From assembly GCA_022759145.1 (NCBI GenBank), contig JAEMPV010000048.1, positions 4,263 to 68,262 of the forward strand: 64,000 nt of DNA. The letters run 5' to 3'. The stretch is from Caldisericum sp. (GTDB lineage Bacteria > Caldisericota > Caldisericia > Caldisericales > Caldisericaceae). Position 1 is the stretch's first letter. The number at the start of each line of letters is the position of its first letter. Positions 17,721-27,351 of this stretch are shown here, piece after piece. The position numbers and the translations under genes were made by a program. Below the pieces are notes generated by a model. The model was not told the DNA's origin, made no database searches, and saw nothing but the letters and a program-made list of their open reading frames with translations.

Positions 17721-19067
17721 TTATTTTATTGGAACTATTCTTAAAAGAAGCGCTTTCTTTGTACTTTCGTTTACTTTTGCTATTGAACTTCTCTTTACGG
17801 AGACTACCCATAGAATTTTTCCTTCGTTATCTACAAGGATTGGTATTTTGTATCTTAAATCCCTTCTTACTTTCATATCAACAAATATGTCCTGAAGTTT
17901 CTTATGTCCATTTTCAATTTCTACGATATCCCCCTCTTTTCTAAATCTTACCATAAGCGGAAACTTTAATTGATCCATATCAAAGATAGCGATGTTTTTG
18001 TCCTTTAAGTTAAATTTATAATCTGGTTCAACAACTTCCGAAACTATTTCGATACTACTCTCGGGGATAACAGTTTTACCTGGAACTGATAGCACATAAC
18101 ACGAATCGATTGTGAAAGGAGTTCCATGCTCGATGAAAAATGTGTTTTTGGTTTTTGTAATATATAAATCTTCTCCAATACTTATTTTCTTTTGAGAGCC
18201 CTCCATAAACTGCAAAATGTTTTCTATTCTTTCAAACGATGATGCATCTCCTAAAATCTTCATTAAAATACGTCGTTTGATCGATAGAGGTAGTGCTTCA
18301 AATAATTTCAACGAATATTCTTCATTTTGTATTCTAATTCCTTGAAGTTCAATTGCCGCAACTTTATCAAGAAATTCATCTTCTCGTAGTGCAATTTCTC
18401 CAAAGTTCATAACTGTGTCAAGCAACTGCCCATAAACAGATTTTATTAGAGGAATTATCTGATATCTTAATCTATTTCTCTCATATGACAGGTTATAGTT
18501 GGTGAGATCTACTACATAAGGAATTCTATATTCTTTTGCATAATGCTCTATTTCTTCTCTTGTAACCTCAATAAGTGGCCTTATAATGTTGTTTTCATTA
18601 CGAAGCATACTCGTTAAACCTTTAAGCCCTGCTCCTTTGAAAAGATGCATGAGGAAAGTTTCAGCAAAATCATTCTTATTGTGCGCTAATGCGATTTTAT
18701 TAAAGTGTTCGTTTTCTTTGATTCTATTTAGGAAATCGAATCTCAATTCTCTTGCAACATCTTCAAGGTTTCTTTTGGTTTCTTTTTGCACTTTAAGGGC
18801 ATCGCCTTCTCCATAAAAGAAAGGTTCACCAAGACTTTCTGCAAATTGTTTAACAAGAGCAACCTCTTCATGCCCTTCTGTTCTTATTCCGTGATTAAAA
18901 GAGGCAACCCCAATCTCGATATCGAGGATACCCTTAATTCTATTGAATATATGTAACATAGTCATTGAGTCTATTCCACCAGAAACTGCTAAAAGTACTC
19001 TATCTTTTGGACTAATCAAATTATATTTATTTATTGTTTTCAGGACTTTTTCTATTAAATCTTTCAT
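17721..19067 (-). CDS. tilS: tRNA(Ile)-lysidine synthase
   Basis: PP-loop AVSGGIDSM about 35 aa from the proposed start MKDLIEKV. The ORF-track TTG start at 19130 adds 21 implausible residues. Confidence 0.85.
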   Translation of the reverse strand: MKDLIEKVLKTINKYNLISPKDRVLLAVSGGIDSMTMLHIFNRIKGILDIEIGVASFNHGIRTEGHEEVALVKQFAESLGEPFFYGEGDALKVQKETKRNLEDVARELRFDFLNRIKENEHFNKIALAHNKNDFAETFLMHLFKGAGLKGLTSMLRNENNIIRPLIEVTREEIEHYAKEYRIPYVVDLTNYNLSYERNRLRYQIIPLIKSVYGQLLDTVMNFGEIALREDEFLDKVAAIELQGIRIQNEEYSLKLFEALPLSIKRRILMKILGDASSFERIENILQFMEGSQKKISIGEDLYITKTKNTFFIEHGTPFTIDSCYVLSVPGKTVIPESSIEIVSEVVEPDYKFNLKDKNIAIFDMDQLKFPLMVRFRKEGDIVEIENGHKKLQDIFVDMKVRRDLRYKIPILVDNEGKILWVVSVKRSSIAKVNESTKKALLLRIVPIK

Positions 19068-19074
19068 CACCCAT

Positions 19075-19080
19075 ATTTTA
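19075..19080 (-). promoter_or_regulatory. -10-like TAAAAT 7 nt upstream of the tilS ATG
   Basis: Minus strand reads TAAAAT (19080..19075), ATGGGTG, ATG (19067). Confidence 0.3.
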
Positions 19081-19207
19081 ATCGAAACATAGAGTTTTTG
19101 TATCTTCGTTTTCTTCTTGACTAAAATCAAATTTATACTATTATATAAAGGTAGCCCAATTGGTTTTATTTTTATATATTCATGTTTAGACTCAAGCGAG
19201 GTGGTTT

Positions 19208-19825
19208 ATGTACTCTAATTTACCCTTAAAAGAATTTGTAAATGAACTTGCATCCTCATCTTCCACGCCTGGTGGTGGAAGTGCATCTTCTATTGTTGCA
19301 TCTTTTGGATTTTCTCTTGTATCTATGGTAATGGGAATATATCAAAAGAAGAATCCAAACGATGAGATTGCAACTTTAATTAACGATGCAAAAGAGACAG
19401 CATTTTTACTGCTCGAACTTTCTTCTAAAGATGCTGAAGCATTCAATAAGTTTATGGAGGTGCTAAAACTTCCTAAAGATACAGACGAGGAAAAAGAAAA
19501 GAGAAAGAAGTTAATGCAGGATGCCCTTATTGGGGCTGCATTAGTTCCTCTTGAGGTTATAGACACAATCTATAAAAAACAGTACCTCCTTGAGAAGGCG
19601 AAGGATTTTTGTCCAAAGTCGGCTATCTCTGATTTATGGAGTGCGTTATGTTTTATTGATTCTGCATTCGAAGGCGCAAAGGCAAATGTTATTATAAATC
19701 TTCAAGCAATTAAAGACGATAAATTTGTTACTGATACAAATGCTAAGCTATTATCCATTGAGAGTGAATTTAAAAATAAGATAAACACATTAAAAGAAGA
19801 AATTCAAAATTCATTAAAAATATAA
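19208..19825 (+). CDS. Cyclodeaminase/cyclohydrolase-family protein (FTCD C-terminal-like)
   Basis: N-terminal SSSTPGGGSASSIVASFGFSLVSMV is characteristic of the formiminotransferase-cyclodeaminase C-domain family. 205 aa, all-helical. Confidence 0.75.
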   Translation: MYSNLPLKEFVNELASSSSTPGGGSASSIVASFGFSLVSMVMGIYQKKNPNDEIATLINDAKETAFLLLELSSKDAEAFNKFMEVLKLPKDTDEEKEKRKKLMQDALIGAALVPLEVIDTIYKKQYLLEKAKDFCPKSAISDLWSALCFIDSAFEGAKANVIINLQAIKDDKFVTDTNAKLLSIESEFKNKINTLKEEIQNSLKI

Positions 19826-19840
19826 GGAGGCATCGACTAA

Positions 19841-21301
19841 ATGGACGAAATTTTAAATTTGACTGAAAGTGATTTAAATGCAATGACAGCAAGGGAATTA
19901 TACAAGGTTGCCCAGATAGTGAAGTTAAAGAACTACTCTCATTACAGGAAAGACGAACTTGTAAGTGAATTATACAAGCAGATTCAACAACTTAAACAAG
20001 GGTCTTCAACAAAAAATGAGAAAGAAGAAGTTGCAAGAGAAACAGTAAAAAACGCAAAGAAGACCGAAAGTATTGCACCAAAAGAAGAGCATAAAAAACC
20101 AAGAGAGGAAAAAGAAGAGAATTTACAAGAACTTCTTAACACTTCAAGAGCACAGGGAGAAAGTGCTTATGTTAAGGTCGAGAATGAGCCGCAATTGTAC
20201 TTCAAAGGCTTGTTTGAAGCACACCCAGATGGGTATGGATTTTTGAGGGCAAATTATTTTCCATCCTTCACTGATATTTATGTTTCACCACCATTAATTA
20301 GAAAGTATGGCTTAAGAACAGGAGATGTTGTTTCTGGTCCAGTTCAAAGGCCACAAAAAGAGGGAGAAAGATACCCAGCACTCGTAAATGTTGATACAAT
20401 AAACGGAATAAAAGTAACAGGTTTTCTTAAGCGTCCTATTTTTGAAAATTTAACACCATATTACCCGACCGAACGAATTGTCCTTGAAACGCCTGGTTGC
20501 AATATTGCTTTAAGAGTAATAGATCTTATTGCTCCTCTTGGAAAAGGCCAGAGAGGACTTATTGTATCTGCACCGAAAGCAGGTAAAACCACCTTAATGA
20601 AGGAAATTGCAAAAAGTGTTGTGAAAAATCATCCTGAAATTTACCTTATGATTCTTCTCATTGACGAGAGACCAGAAGAAGTTACTGATATGAAAAATTC
20701 AGTTGCTGCAGAAGTTGTAAGTTCCACCTTTGACCAACCGCCAGAAAACCACATAAGAGTTGTTGAACTTGCCCTCGAAAAGGCAAAAAGACTTGTTGAA
20801 ATTGGAAAAGATGTTATGATTTTGCTTGATGGTATAACAAGACTAACTCGTGCTTATAACCTTCTATCTTCTTCGAGTGGTAAAACACTTTCTGGTGGTC
20901 TTGATCCTGCTGCGATAAGGGGACCTAAAAAGTTTTTGGGTGCTGCAAGAAGCATTATGAACGGTGGCAGTCTTACAATTCTTGCAACTGCTCTTATTGA
21001 TACAGGTTCAAAATTGGACCAGGTTATTTATGAAGAGTTTAAAGGAACCGGCAATATGGAAATAGTGCTTGATAGAGAATTAGCAGAAGAAAGAATTTTC
21101 CCTGCAATTGATATAAAGAAGTCAGGAACAAGAAGAGAGGAACTTCTTTATAGTGAGGATGAGTACAAGAGAATCCTAACTCTTAGAAAATTCATAAGTT
21201 CTCTTGAACCAGGGGAAGCACTTGAAAGACTTATTGAGATGCTTAAACAGACAAGATCAAATGAAGAACTTTTAAGGAGCATAGTGCCAGATGAAAGGTA
21301 A
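19841..21301 (+). CDS. rho: Transcription termination factor Rho, with an N-terminal K/E-rich insertion
   Basis: Rho_N helix bundle, CSD-like [14 protein letters not shown], Walker [18 protein letters not shown], Walker B LLIDE. Confidence 0.95.
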   Translation: MDEILNLTESDLNAMTARELYKVAQIVKLKNYSHYRKDELVSELYKQIQQLKQGSSTKNEKEEVARETVKNAKKTESIAPKEEHKKPREEKEENLQELLNTSRAQGESAYVKVENEPQLYFKGLFEAHPDGYGFLRANYFPSFTDIYVSPPLIRKYGLRTGDVVSGPVQRPQKEGERYPALVNVDTINGIKVTGFLKRPIFENLTPYYPTERIVLETPGCNIALRVIDLIAPLGKGQRGLIVSAPKAGKTTLMKEIAKSVVKNHPEIYLMILLIDERPEEVTDMKNSVAAEVVSSTFDQPPENHIRVVELALEKAKRLVEIGKDVMILLDGITRLTRAYNLLSSSSGKTLSGGLDPAAIRGPKKFLGAARSIMNGGSLTILATALIDTGSKLDQVIYEEFKGTGNMEIVLDRELAEERIFPAIDIKKSGTRREELLYSEDEYKRILTLRKFISSLEPGEALERLIEMLKQTRSNEELLRSIVPDER

Positions 21302-21872
21302 AATTGGAAAAATCGAAGTAGTTACAGGATGTATGTTTTCAGGGAAGAGCGAAGAGCTTATTAGAAGGATTAAGAGGGCAAAGATTGCAAGGCAAAAGGT
21401 ACAGGTCTTTAAGCCTTCTATTGACACTCGTTATTCTGTTGTGGAAGTTGTCTCCCATGCAGGAGAAAAGGTTGAGGCTTTGCCGGTTTCTTCAACAAAA
21501 GAATTGTTAGAGAGAATAGAAGAAGATACAGAGGTTATAGGGATTGACGAAGCACAATTCTTTGATACAGAAATCGTTGATGCTTTACGAAAAATTGCAA
21601 AATCTGGTAAAAGGGTAATAGTTGCAGGACTGGATATGGACTTTAGGGGAGAACCTTTTGGCCCTATGCCCTATATTATGGCAATAGCAGATGAAGTTTT
21701 AAAACTCCATGCAATTTGCACCGTTTGTGGTGAAGACGCTACAATGACACAGAGGCTTATAAATGGTGAACCTGCATCCTATAATGATCCTGTTATTATG
21801 ATCGGAGCAAGTGAATCTTATGAGGCACGGTGTAAACTGCATCATTATGTAAAGGGTGGTAAGGATGATTGA
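21291..21872 (+). CDS. tdk: Thymidine kinase
   Basis: P-loop [21 protein letters not shown], zinc ribbon CTVCG...CKLHH. Confidence 0.92.
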   Translation: MKGKIGKIEVVTGCMFSGKSEELIRRIKRAKIARQKVQVFKPSIDTRYSVVEVVSHAGEKVEALPVSSTKELLERIEEDTEVIGIDEAQFFDTEIVDALRKIAKSGKRVIVAGLDMDFRGEPFGPMPYIMAIADEVLKLHAICTVCGEDATMTQRLINGEPASYNDPVIMIGASESYEARCKLHHYVKGGKDD

Positions 21873-22938
21873 TAAACTTGAAAAAACTATTGAAAGATAC
21901 AACGAACTTTCACGGCTCTTGTCTGACTCTTCAGTGATTTCCAATCCAGAACTTTTCAAAAAGTATTCAATAGAGTATAAAGAGCTTGAGCCAATTGTAA
22001 ATTTGTATATGGCTTATAAGAAAGTCGAATCTGAAATAAAGGATGTACAAGAATTGCTTGAATCTGAGGATGAGGAAATAAGGGAGTTGTCAGAAGGTGA
22101 ACTTGAAAGACTTCAAAATGAAAAAGAAAGGATTTTAAACGACCTTAAAATTCTTTTGATACCCAAAGATCCTTACGAGGGTAAAAACATCATAATGGAG
22201 ATTCGTGCAGGTGTAGGCGGAGAGGAAGCGGCTCTCTTTGCAAAAGATTTGTACAAGATGTATCTTGGTTATGCAGACAGAAAGGGTTTTAAAGTAGAGA
22301 TCCTTGACTCACATGAAACAGACCTCGGCGGTTTTAAAGAAATAGTTTTCTCAGTATCTGGAAAGGATGTTTACAAACATTTAAAGTACGAAAGCGGAGT
22401 CCATAGAGTCCAAAGAGTGCCTGAAACAGAAGCTTCTGGAAGGATTCATACTTCGACTGCAACTGTAGCAGTATTACCTGAAGCGGAGGAAGTCGATGTT
22501 GAGATAAATCCAGATGATTTAAGAATTGATGTGTTTCACGCAAGTGGGCATGGCGGACAGAATGTTCAGAAAGTTGCAACTGCAATAAGGATCATCCACA
22601 AGCCAACTGGAATAATGGTTACATGCCAGGATGAAAGATCACAATTGCAAAACAAAATGAAGGCAATGAGGATATTAAGAGCAAGACTTCTCGATTTATA
22701 TGAGCAGCAGAAAGAGCAGGAGATTACTAGTGCAAGACGAGCGCAAATCGGTCGTGGAAATAGAAATGAGAGAATAAGAACTTATAATTTTCCGCAGGGT
22801 AGAGTAACCGACCACAGGATTAATCTCTCGTTGTATAACCTACCAGAGATTATGGAAGGTAACCTTGATGAATTAATAAATGCCTTAATGGAAAACGAAA
22901 GGGCACAACTGCTTGAGGAATATTTTGGAAAATCATGA
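21865..22938 (+). CDS. prfA: Peptide chain release factor 1
   Basis: PxT-type recognition loop (RVPETE), GGQ motif [11 protein letters not shown]. Start set at ATG 21865 (MIDKLEK), preceded by AAAGGGTGG. Confidence 0.93.
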   Translation: MIDKLEKTIERYNELSRLLSDSSVISNPELFKKYSIEYKELEPIVNLYMAYKKVESEIKDVQELLESEDEEIRELSEGELERLQNEKERILNDLKILLIPKDPYEGKNIIMEIRAGVGGEEAALFAKDLYKMYLGYADRKGFKVEILDSHETDLGGFKEIVFSVSGKDVYKHLKYESGVHRVQRVPETEASGRIHTSTATVAVLPEAEEVDVEINPDDLRIDVFHASGHGGQNVQKVATAIRIIHKPTGIMVTCQDERSQLQNKMKAMRILRARLLDLYEQQKEQEITSARRAQIGRGNRNERIRTYNFPQGRVTDHRINLSLYNLPEIMEGNLDELINALMENERAQLLEEYFGKS

Positions 22939-23753
22939 CGGTAAAAGATTCTTTCATTCAATCAATAAGAACTTTGAAGGAAGTTAGTGATGAATATTAT
23001 CTTCAGAGTTTAATGCTATTGTCTCATGTTCTTGGAGTCGAAAAAGAAAAAGTCTATCTTAAGGAAAATGAAATACTTACTGATTATCAAATCTCTCTTA
23101 TAAATGAATACCTTGAAAAGATTAGAAAGGGATATCCACTTCCGTACATACTGAAACACAAAGAATTCATGTCCCTTGACTTTTACATTGAGGAAGGTGT
23201 CTTAATTCCTCGTCCAGAAACTGAAACACTCGTTGAACTTGCAATCAAAAAAGGCTGTAATAAAAAGTCTTTTCTTGACATTGGATGTGGCTCTGGTGTT
23301 ATTGCAATATCTATCCTTTATTATTGCAAGAATCTCAAAGGACATGCAATAGATATTTCCAATAAAGCAATTAGTGTAACGAAAGAAAATGCTATAAGGC
23401 ACAAAGTTTCTGATAGATTAAAAATAGAATTGGCTGACTTTAGGAATTTTGAGACAGACGAAAAGTTCGATTTTATTGTTTCAAATCCGCCATATGTAAG
23501 AAGCGAGAATTTGAAAAATCTCCCTTATGAACCTGTCGAAGCCCTTGATGGAGGTATTGACGGCTTTAAATTATATCCTGATTTGATAAAGAAATCTTTT
23601 GAATTACTAAACAAAGGTGGGTTTGTTATTTTTGAGATTGACTCATCAATTGCAAAAATGGTCTTAACGGAAATGAAAAAATACTTTAAGAAGGTGAGTA
23701 TAGTTAAAGACCTTGCAGGCTTTGAGAGATTTGCCTATGGAGAGAAAATATGA
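22935..23753 (+). CDS. prmC: Release-factor glutamine N5-methyltransferase
   Basis: SAM motif [10 protein letters not shown] and NPPY catalytic motif. ATGA overlap with prfA. Confidence 0.9.
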   Translation: MTVKDSFIQSIRTLKEVSDEYYLQSLMLLSHVLGVEKEKVYLKENEILTDYQISLINEYLEKIRKGYPLPYILKHKEFMSLDFYIEEGVLIPRPETETLVELAIKKGCNKKSFLDIGCGSGVIAISILYYCKNLKGHAIDISNKAISVTKENAIRHKVSDRLKIELADFRNFETDEKFDFIVSNPPYVRSENLKNLPYEPVEALDGGIDGFKLYPDLIKKSFELLNKGGFVIFEIDSSIAKMVLTEMKKYFKKVSIVKDLAGFERFAYGEKI

Positions 23754-24325
23754 AAACTGATTACGACAAAGTGGTAGAGCACCTCAATAATCACGGCGTA
23801 ATAGCATTTAAAACCGATACAGTTATGGGACTTGGTGTTAATGGACTTGATAATTTAGCTGTTAAAAATCTTTTTGATTTAAAAGGCAGGTCTTATGATA
23901 AACCATTATACCTTTTGGCATATTCGATTGAACAAATTTATGAATATACCTATGGTATTTCAGATGCTGCACTCGATCTTATGAAAAAGTATTTTCCGGG
24001 AGCTCTTGCAATAATTTTGAGGTCCCAGAATAAACTTTATACAAAGCCTGATGAAAAAGGCGAAACTTTGGGCGTTAGAATTCCTAAGTATACTGACCTA
24101 TTAGAATTTATGGCATACATAAAAATGCCAATTTTGAATACAAGTGCAAATATCTCAAATGAACCACCGTTACTTTCCAAGGATGACGTATTGAAAACCT
24201 TTGGGGATAAAATTCTTTTTGTCGAATTCGAGCACAACATAGAAATGTTAGGTCTTCCGTCAACAGTAGTCGATGTAACTTCAGGAATTCCTGTTATAAT
24301 TAGAAAAGGAGCGATTGAAATATGA
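23750..24325 (+). CDS. tsaC: L-threonylcarbamoyladenylate synthase (YrdC/TsaC type)
   Basis: YrdC-domain pattern VIAFKTDTVMGLG...KGRSYDKPL...NTSANISNEP...STVVDV. 191 aa. Confidence 0.85.
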   Translation: MKTDYDKVVEHLNNHGVIAFKTDTVMGLGVNGLDNLAVKNLFDLKGRSYDKPLYLLAYSIEQIYEYTYGISDAALDLMKKYFPGALAIILRSQNKLYTKPDEKGETLGVRIPKYTDLLEFMAYIKMPILNTSANISNEPPLLSKDDVLKTFGDKILFVEFEHNIEMLGLPSTVVDVTSGIPVIIRKGAIEI

Positions 24326-24831
24326 AAATTTATACCTATGGACATCCTGTTTTGAGGAAAAAAGCAAAGAAGGTTACGAAAATTGATAAAGAGATGGAAA
24401 AAATCATTAAGGATATGTTTGAAACTATGAGGACAAATTTCCCAAAAGGTATTGGTCTTGCTGCAACTCAAGTAGGTTTAACGTATGCTTTTTTCATTTA
24501 TGAACTTGAGGATGACAAAGGAGTAGTAATTAACCCCGAAATCTTAGAAAAGAGAAAAGAGTTAGAACCCGAAGAAGAAGGTTGCTTATCTGTGCCTGGA
24601 GTCTATGGAATTGTTGAAAGGCCTTCTGAAATTGTTGTTAGATATATGGATATGGATGGAAAAGTGCACGAAGAAATTCTACAAGGTCTCAAGGCGAGGG
24701 TATTTCAGCATGAGACTGACCACCTGAATGGTATTATTTTTACAGATTATATCGATAGTATAGAAAAATTAGAGGTTGAGGAAGGTTTTGAACTTCCAAA
24801 AGCACTTATCGAAAGATACCTATCAAAATGA
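24322..24831 (+). CDS. def: Peptide deformylase
   Basis: GIGLAATQVG, EGCLSVPG and HETDHLNG motifs. Confidence 0.95.
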   Translation: MKIYTYGHPVLRKKAKKVTKIDKEMEKIIKDMFETMRTNFPKGIGLAATQVGLTYAFFIYELEDDKGVVINPEILEKRKELEPEEEGCLSVPGVYGIVERPSEIVVRYMDMDGKVHEEILQGLKARVFQHETDHLNGIIFTDYIDSIEKLEVEEGFELPKALIERYLSK

Positions 24832-25739
24832 ACATTGTTTTTTTTAGTGGCTCGGACATTTCAATACCATTTGCTAAAGCATTAATTCCTGATATAAATT
24901 TAATAGTAACTCTGCCACCAAAAATAAGAGGACGAGGCTCAAAAGTAACTCCAAATCCCGTAAAAGTATTTGCCGATGAAAACAGTATTGATGTTTTGGA
25001 GATAGAAGACTTTAATGAGGAAACTGTTACTAATATTAAGTTACATAATCCTGAAGCTTATATAGTGTTCTCGTTCGGAAAGATTATTCCTAAGGAAGTG
25101 CTTGAATTAGTAAAATGCCCCTTGAATGTCCATCCCTCAGACCTTCCATATTATAGAGGCGCAAGCCCGATTGAGAGACAACTTATGGATGGAGTGTCTC
25201 AATCTGCAGTAACAATAATGAAAATGAACGAAAAACTCGATCAAGGTGAGATAATTTTGAAAAAACATTTTGAGGTATCACTATACGACGACTATTACTC
25301 TTTTTTGGAAAAAGTGTACGAGGTAGGTATTCCCCTTGTTAAGGAGGCACTTCAGTGTTGCTTGAGTGGCACTTGTCTACCTATTCCACAGGAAGGTAAA
25401 GGAACCTACGCAAAAAAAATAACAAGCGAAGAGGAAAAAATCGACTGGTCAAAGGATGCAATTTCAATTCACAACAAAGTGAGAGCCTTGACAAGAATAG
25501 GTGCATATACAACTTTTAGAGGAAAGAAATTGAAAATCTTTAAGACTGTTCCAATTATAGACTTACAAATCGAGCATAAACCTGGGACCATCGTTGAATT
25601 AAGAAAAGATTTTTTTATTGTTGCTACAGGTAATGGTTATATCGAGGTCATTGAGGTGCAGTTGGAGGGGAAGAGAGTTATGAATGCATCAGATTTTATA
25701 AATGGATACAAACCGCAAGTCTTGGAGGTACTAATATGA
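24828..25739 (+). CDS. fmt: Methionyl-tRNA formyltransferase
   Basis: HPSDLPYYRGASPI motif, with a C-terminal formyltransferase beta-barrel domain. Confidence 0.9.
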   Translation: MNIVFFSGSDISIPFAKALIPDINLIVTLPPKIRGRGSKVTPNPVKVFADENSIDVLEIEDFNEETVTNIKLHNPEAYIVFSFGKIIPKEVLELVKCPLNVHPSDLPYYRGASPIERQLMDGVSQSAVTIMKMNEKLDQGEIILKKHFEVSLYDDYYSFLEKVYEVGIPLVKEALQCCLSGTCLPIPQEGKGTYAKKITSEEEKIDWSKDAISIHNKVRALTRIGAYTTFRGKKLKIFKTVPIIDLQIEHKPGTIVELRKDFFIVATGNGYIEVIEVQLEGKRVMNASDFINGYKPQVLEVLI

Positions 25740-26503
25740 AAATTATTACTCTTGTTAAGGTAGTACCTAAAGAAATAGAGTTTGATAAAGAATCAAAAAG
25801 AATTAAAAGGTCTAAAGAAAATATCATTAACCCATCGGACCTAATCGCCGTTGGGAATGCAGTTGAACTAAAGAATAAATATGGTTTTGAAATTGATGCT
25901 GTTTCAATGGCGCCTGTAGAAGCTAAAGATACTCTTTTGAAACTTTTTGATTTTGGAATTGATAGAATATTTTTACTAACGGACCCTGCATTTGCTAATT
26001 CGGATGTTTTTTCAACTTCAAATGTACTTTCAAGATTTATTCTTAATTTTGATAACGATTTTAATTTTATTTTCACAGGGAATTACTCCTCGGATGGACT
26101 TACGGGCTTACTGCCAGGAGAAGTCGCTTCGAAATTGTCTATACTATATATTTCAAACGTACTCAGTGTAAATTATCTGGATGGTTCTCTTCTTGCGGAA
26201 AAAATTGAAAAGGACTCCTTGCATTTACTTAAAGTTCTTAGTAAAGCAGTGGTGAGTTTTTCTGACAGGAGCGATAAGAAGGCCTTGCCTAACCTTTATT
26301 ATATTTTTGATGAGAATGAGAAGCATTTAGAGATTATAACAAATGAAACACTTAAACTTAGTCAAGATGAAATTGGTAAAATTGGTTCCAAAACTGTTGT
26401 AAACGAATTATTTGAGGTGAAAACGGTGCAATCTAACGAATTAATCAAAGAAAATGGTGATAAGATAATTGTGGATATTATTTCAAAAGAGGTGTTGAAA
26501 TGA
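25736..26503 (+). CDS. etfB: Electron-transfer-flavoprotein beta-subunit-like protein
   Basis: MKIITLVKVVPKE...INPSDLIAVGNAVELK...DRIFLLTD pattern typical of EtfB/FixA. 255 aa. Confidence 0.75.
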   Translation: MKIITLVKVVPKEIEFDKESKRIKRSKENIINPSDLIAVGNAVELKNKYGFEIDAVSMAPVEAKDTLLKLFDFGIDRIFLLTDPAFANSDVFSTSNVLSRFILNFDNDFNFIFTGNYSSDGLTGLLPGEVASKLSILYISNVLSVNYLDGSLLAEKIEKDSLHLLKVLSKAVVSFSDRSDKKALPNLYYIFDENEKHLEIITNETLKLSQDEIGKIGSKTVVNELFEVKTVQSNELIKENGDKIIVDIISKEVLK

Positions 26504-27351
26504 AAGCACTTGTAGTTTATAAAACTGAACTTCCTGATATTGATTATTTGAAGGGAATTTTTACTGATATAAAAGTTGCAAATATTGATGGAAATGCGAA
26601 TGGTGATTTTCTTCCATCGAAACCTCTCGAAACATCAATTCAGGGTGTAGAATTTCTTTCGAAAATTAAGAATATTCTTGATTTTGATGTTATTATTTTT
26701 TCAAATGAAATTTTACCAAAAGAAATTGCTTCCTACTTTGCCTCAAAGAATAACCTTGCTTCAATTTCACACGTAAGCGGTATAGAGGCTAAAGATGATT
26801 TGTCTTTTATCGTTTATAGTTGGAAAAACCTTGGTCTAAAGATAGCATCAAAAACAAAACCAACCGTTATTATTGCAAATCTAAAGCCCTTTAATGGTGA
26901 CTATCCCAATGGAGACAAAGAAATTATCGAAGTTAAAGATGAAAGCGATATTGAATTTGTGCGGACAAAAGAGATTAATTTTACAAATGAAATAAAGTCA
27001 AAGATAACAATAGGCGTTGGGCTTGGCGTATCTAAGGAATTGCTAAATTCTATTTTTGAACTTGCGGATAAAATCTCTGCGAAGGTTGTTTGTACTCGTC
27101 CGGTTGCTGATCTTGGCTATCTTCCATACGATAGAGTTGTTGGAGATACGGGCAGTACATTGCATACAGATATTTATATTGCATTAGGGATATCTGGTGC
27201 ACAGCAACATCTCAATAGTGTTCAAGCAGGAAAAATTATAGCGGTAAATAAAGATCCATCTGCACCAATTTTTTCAAAAGCACAAATAAAGATAAATGAG
27301 AAGGTTGAGGATATTTTACCAGGAGTTATTGAATGGGCGAAAAGTTTTTAA
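26500..27351 (+). CDS. etfA: Electron-transfer-flavoprotein alpha-subunit-like protein (short form)
   Basis: C-terminal FAD-binding signature RPVADLGYLPYDRVVGDTGSTLHTDIYIALGISGAQQHL...IIAVNKDPSAPIF. 283 aa, with a divergent N-terminal half. Confidence 0.75.
   Translation: MKALVVYKTELPDIDYLKGIFTDIKVANIDGNANGDFLPSKPLETSIQGVEFLSKIKNILDFDVIIFSNEILPKEIASYFASKNNLASISHVSGIEAKDDLSFIVYSWKNLGLKIASKTKPTVIIANLKPFNGDYPNGDKEIIEVKDESDIEFVRTKEINFTNEIKSKITIGVGLGVSKELLNSIFELADKISAKVVCTRPVADLGYLPYDRVVGDTGSTLHTDIYIALGISGAQQHLNSVQAGKIIAVNKDPSAPIFSKAQIKINEKVEDILPGVIEWAKSF

Noticed and set aside
24037-24471. 144-aa minus-strand ORF spanning the tsaC/def junction; similarly 25696..26076 (126 aa) spanning fmt/etfB
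   Set aside because: Both are antisense to motif-confirmed genes in a tightly coupled operon. No independent signals and no recognisable domains.
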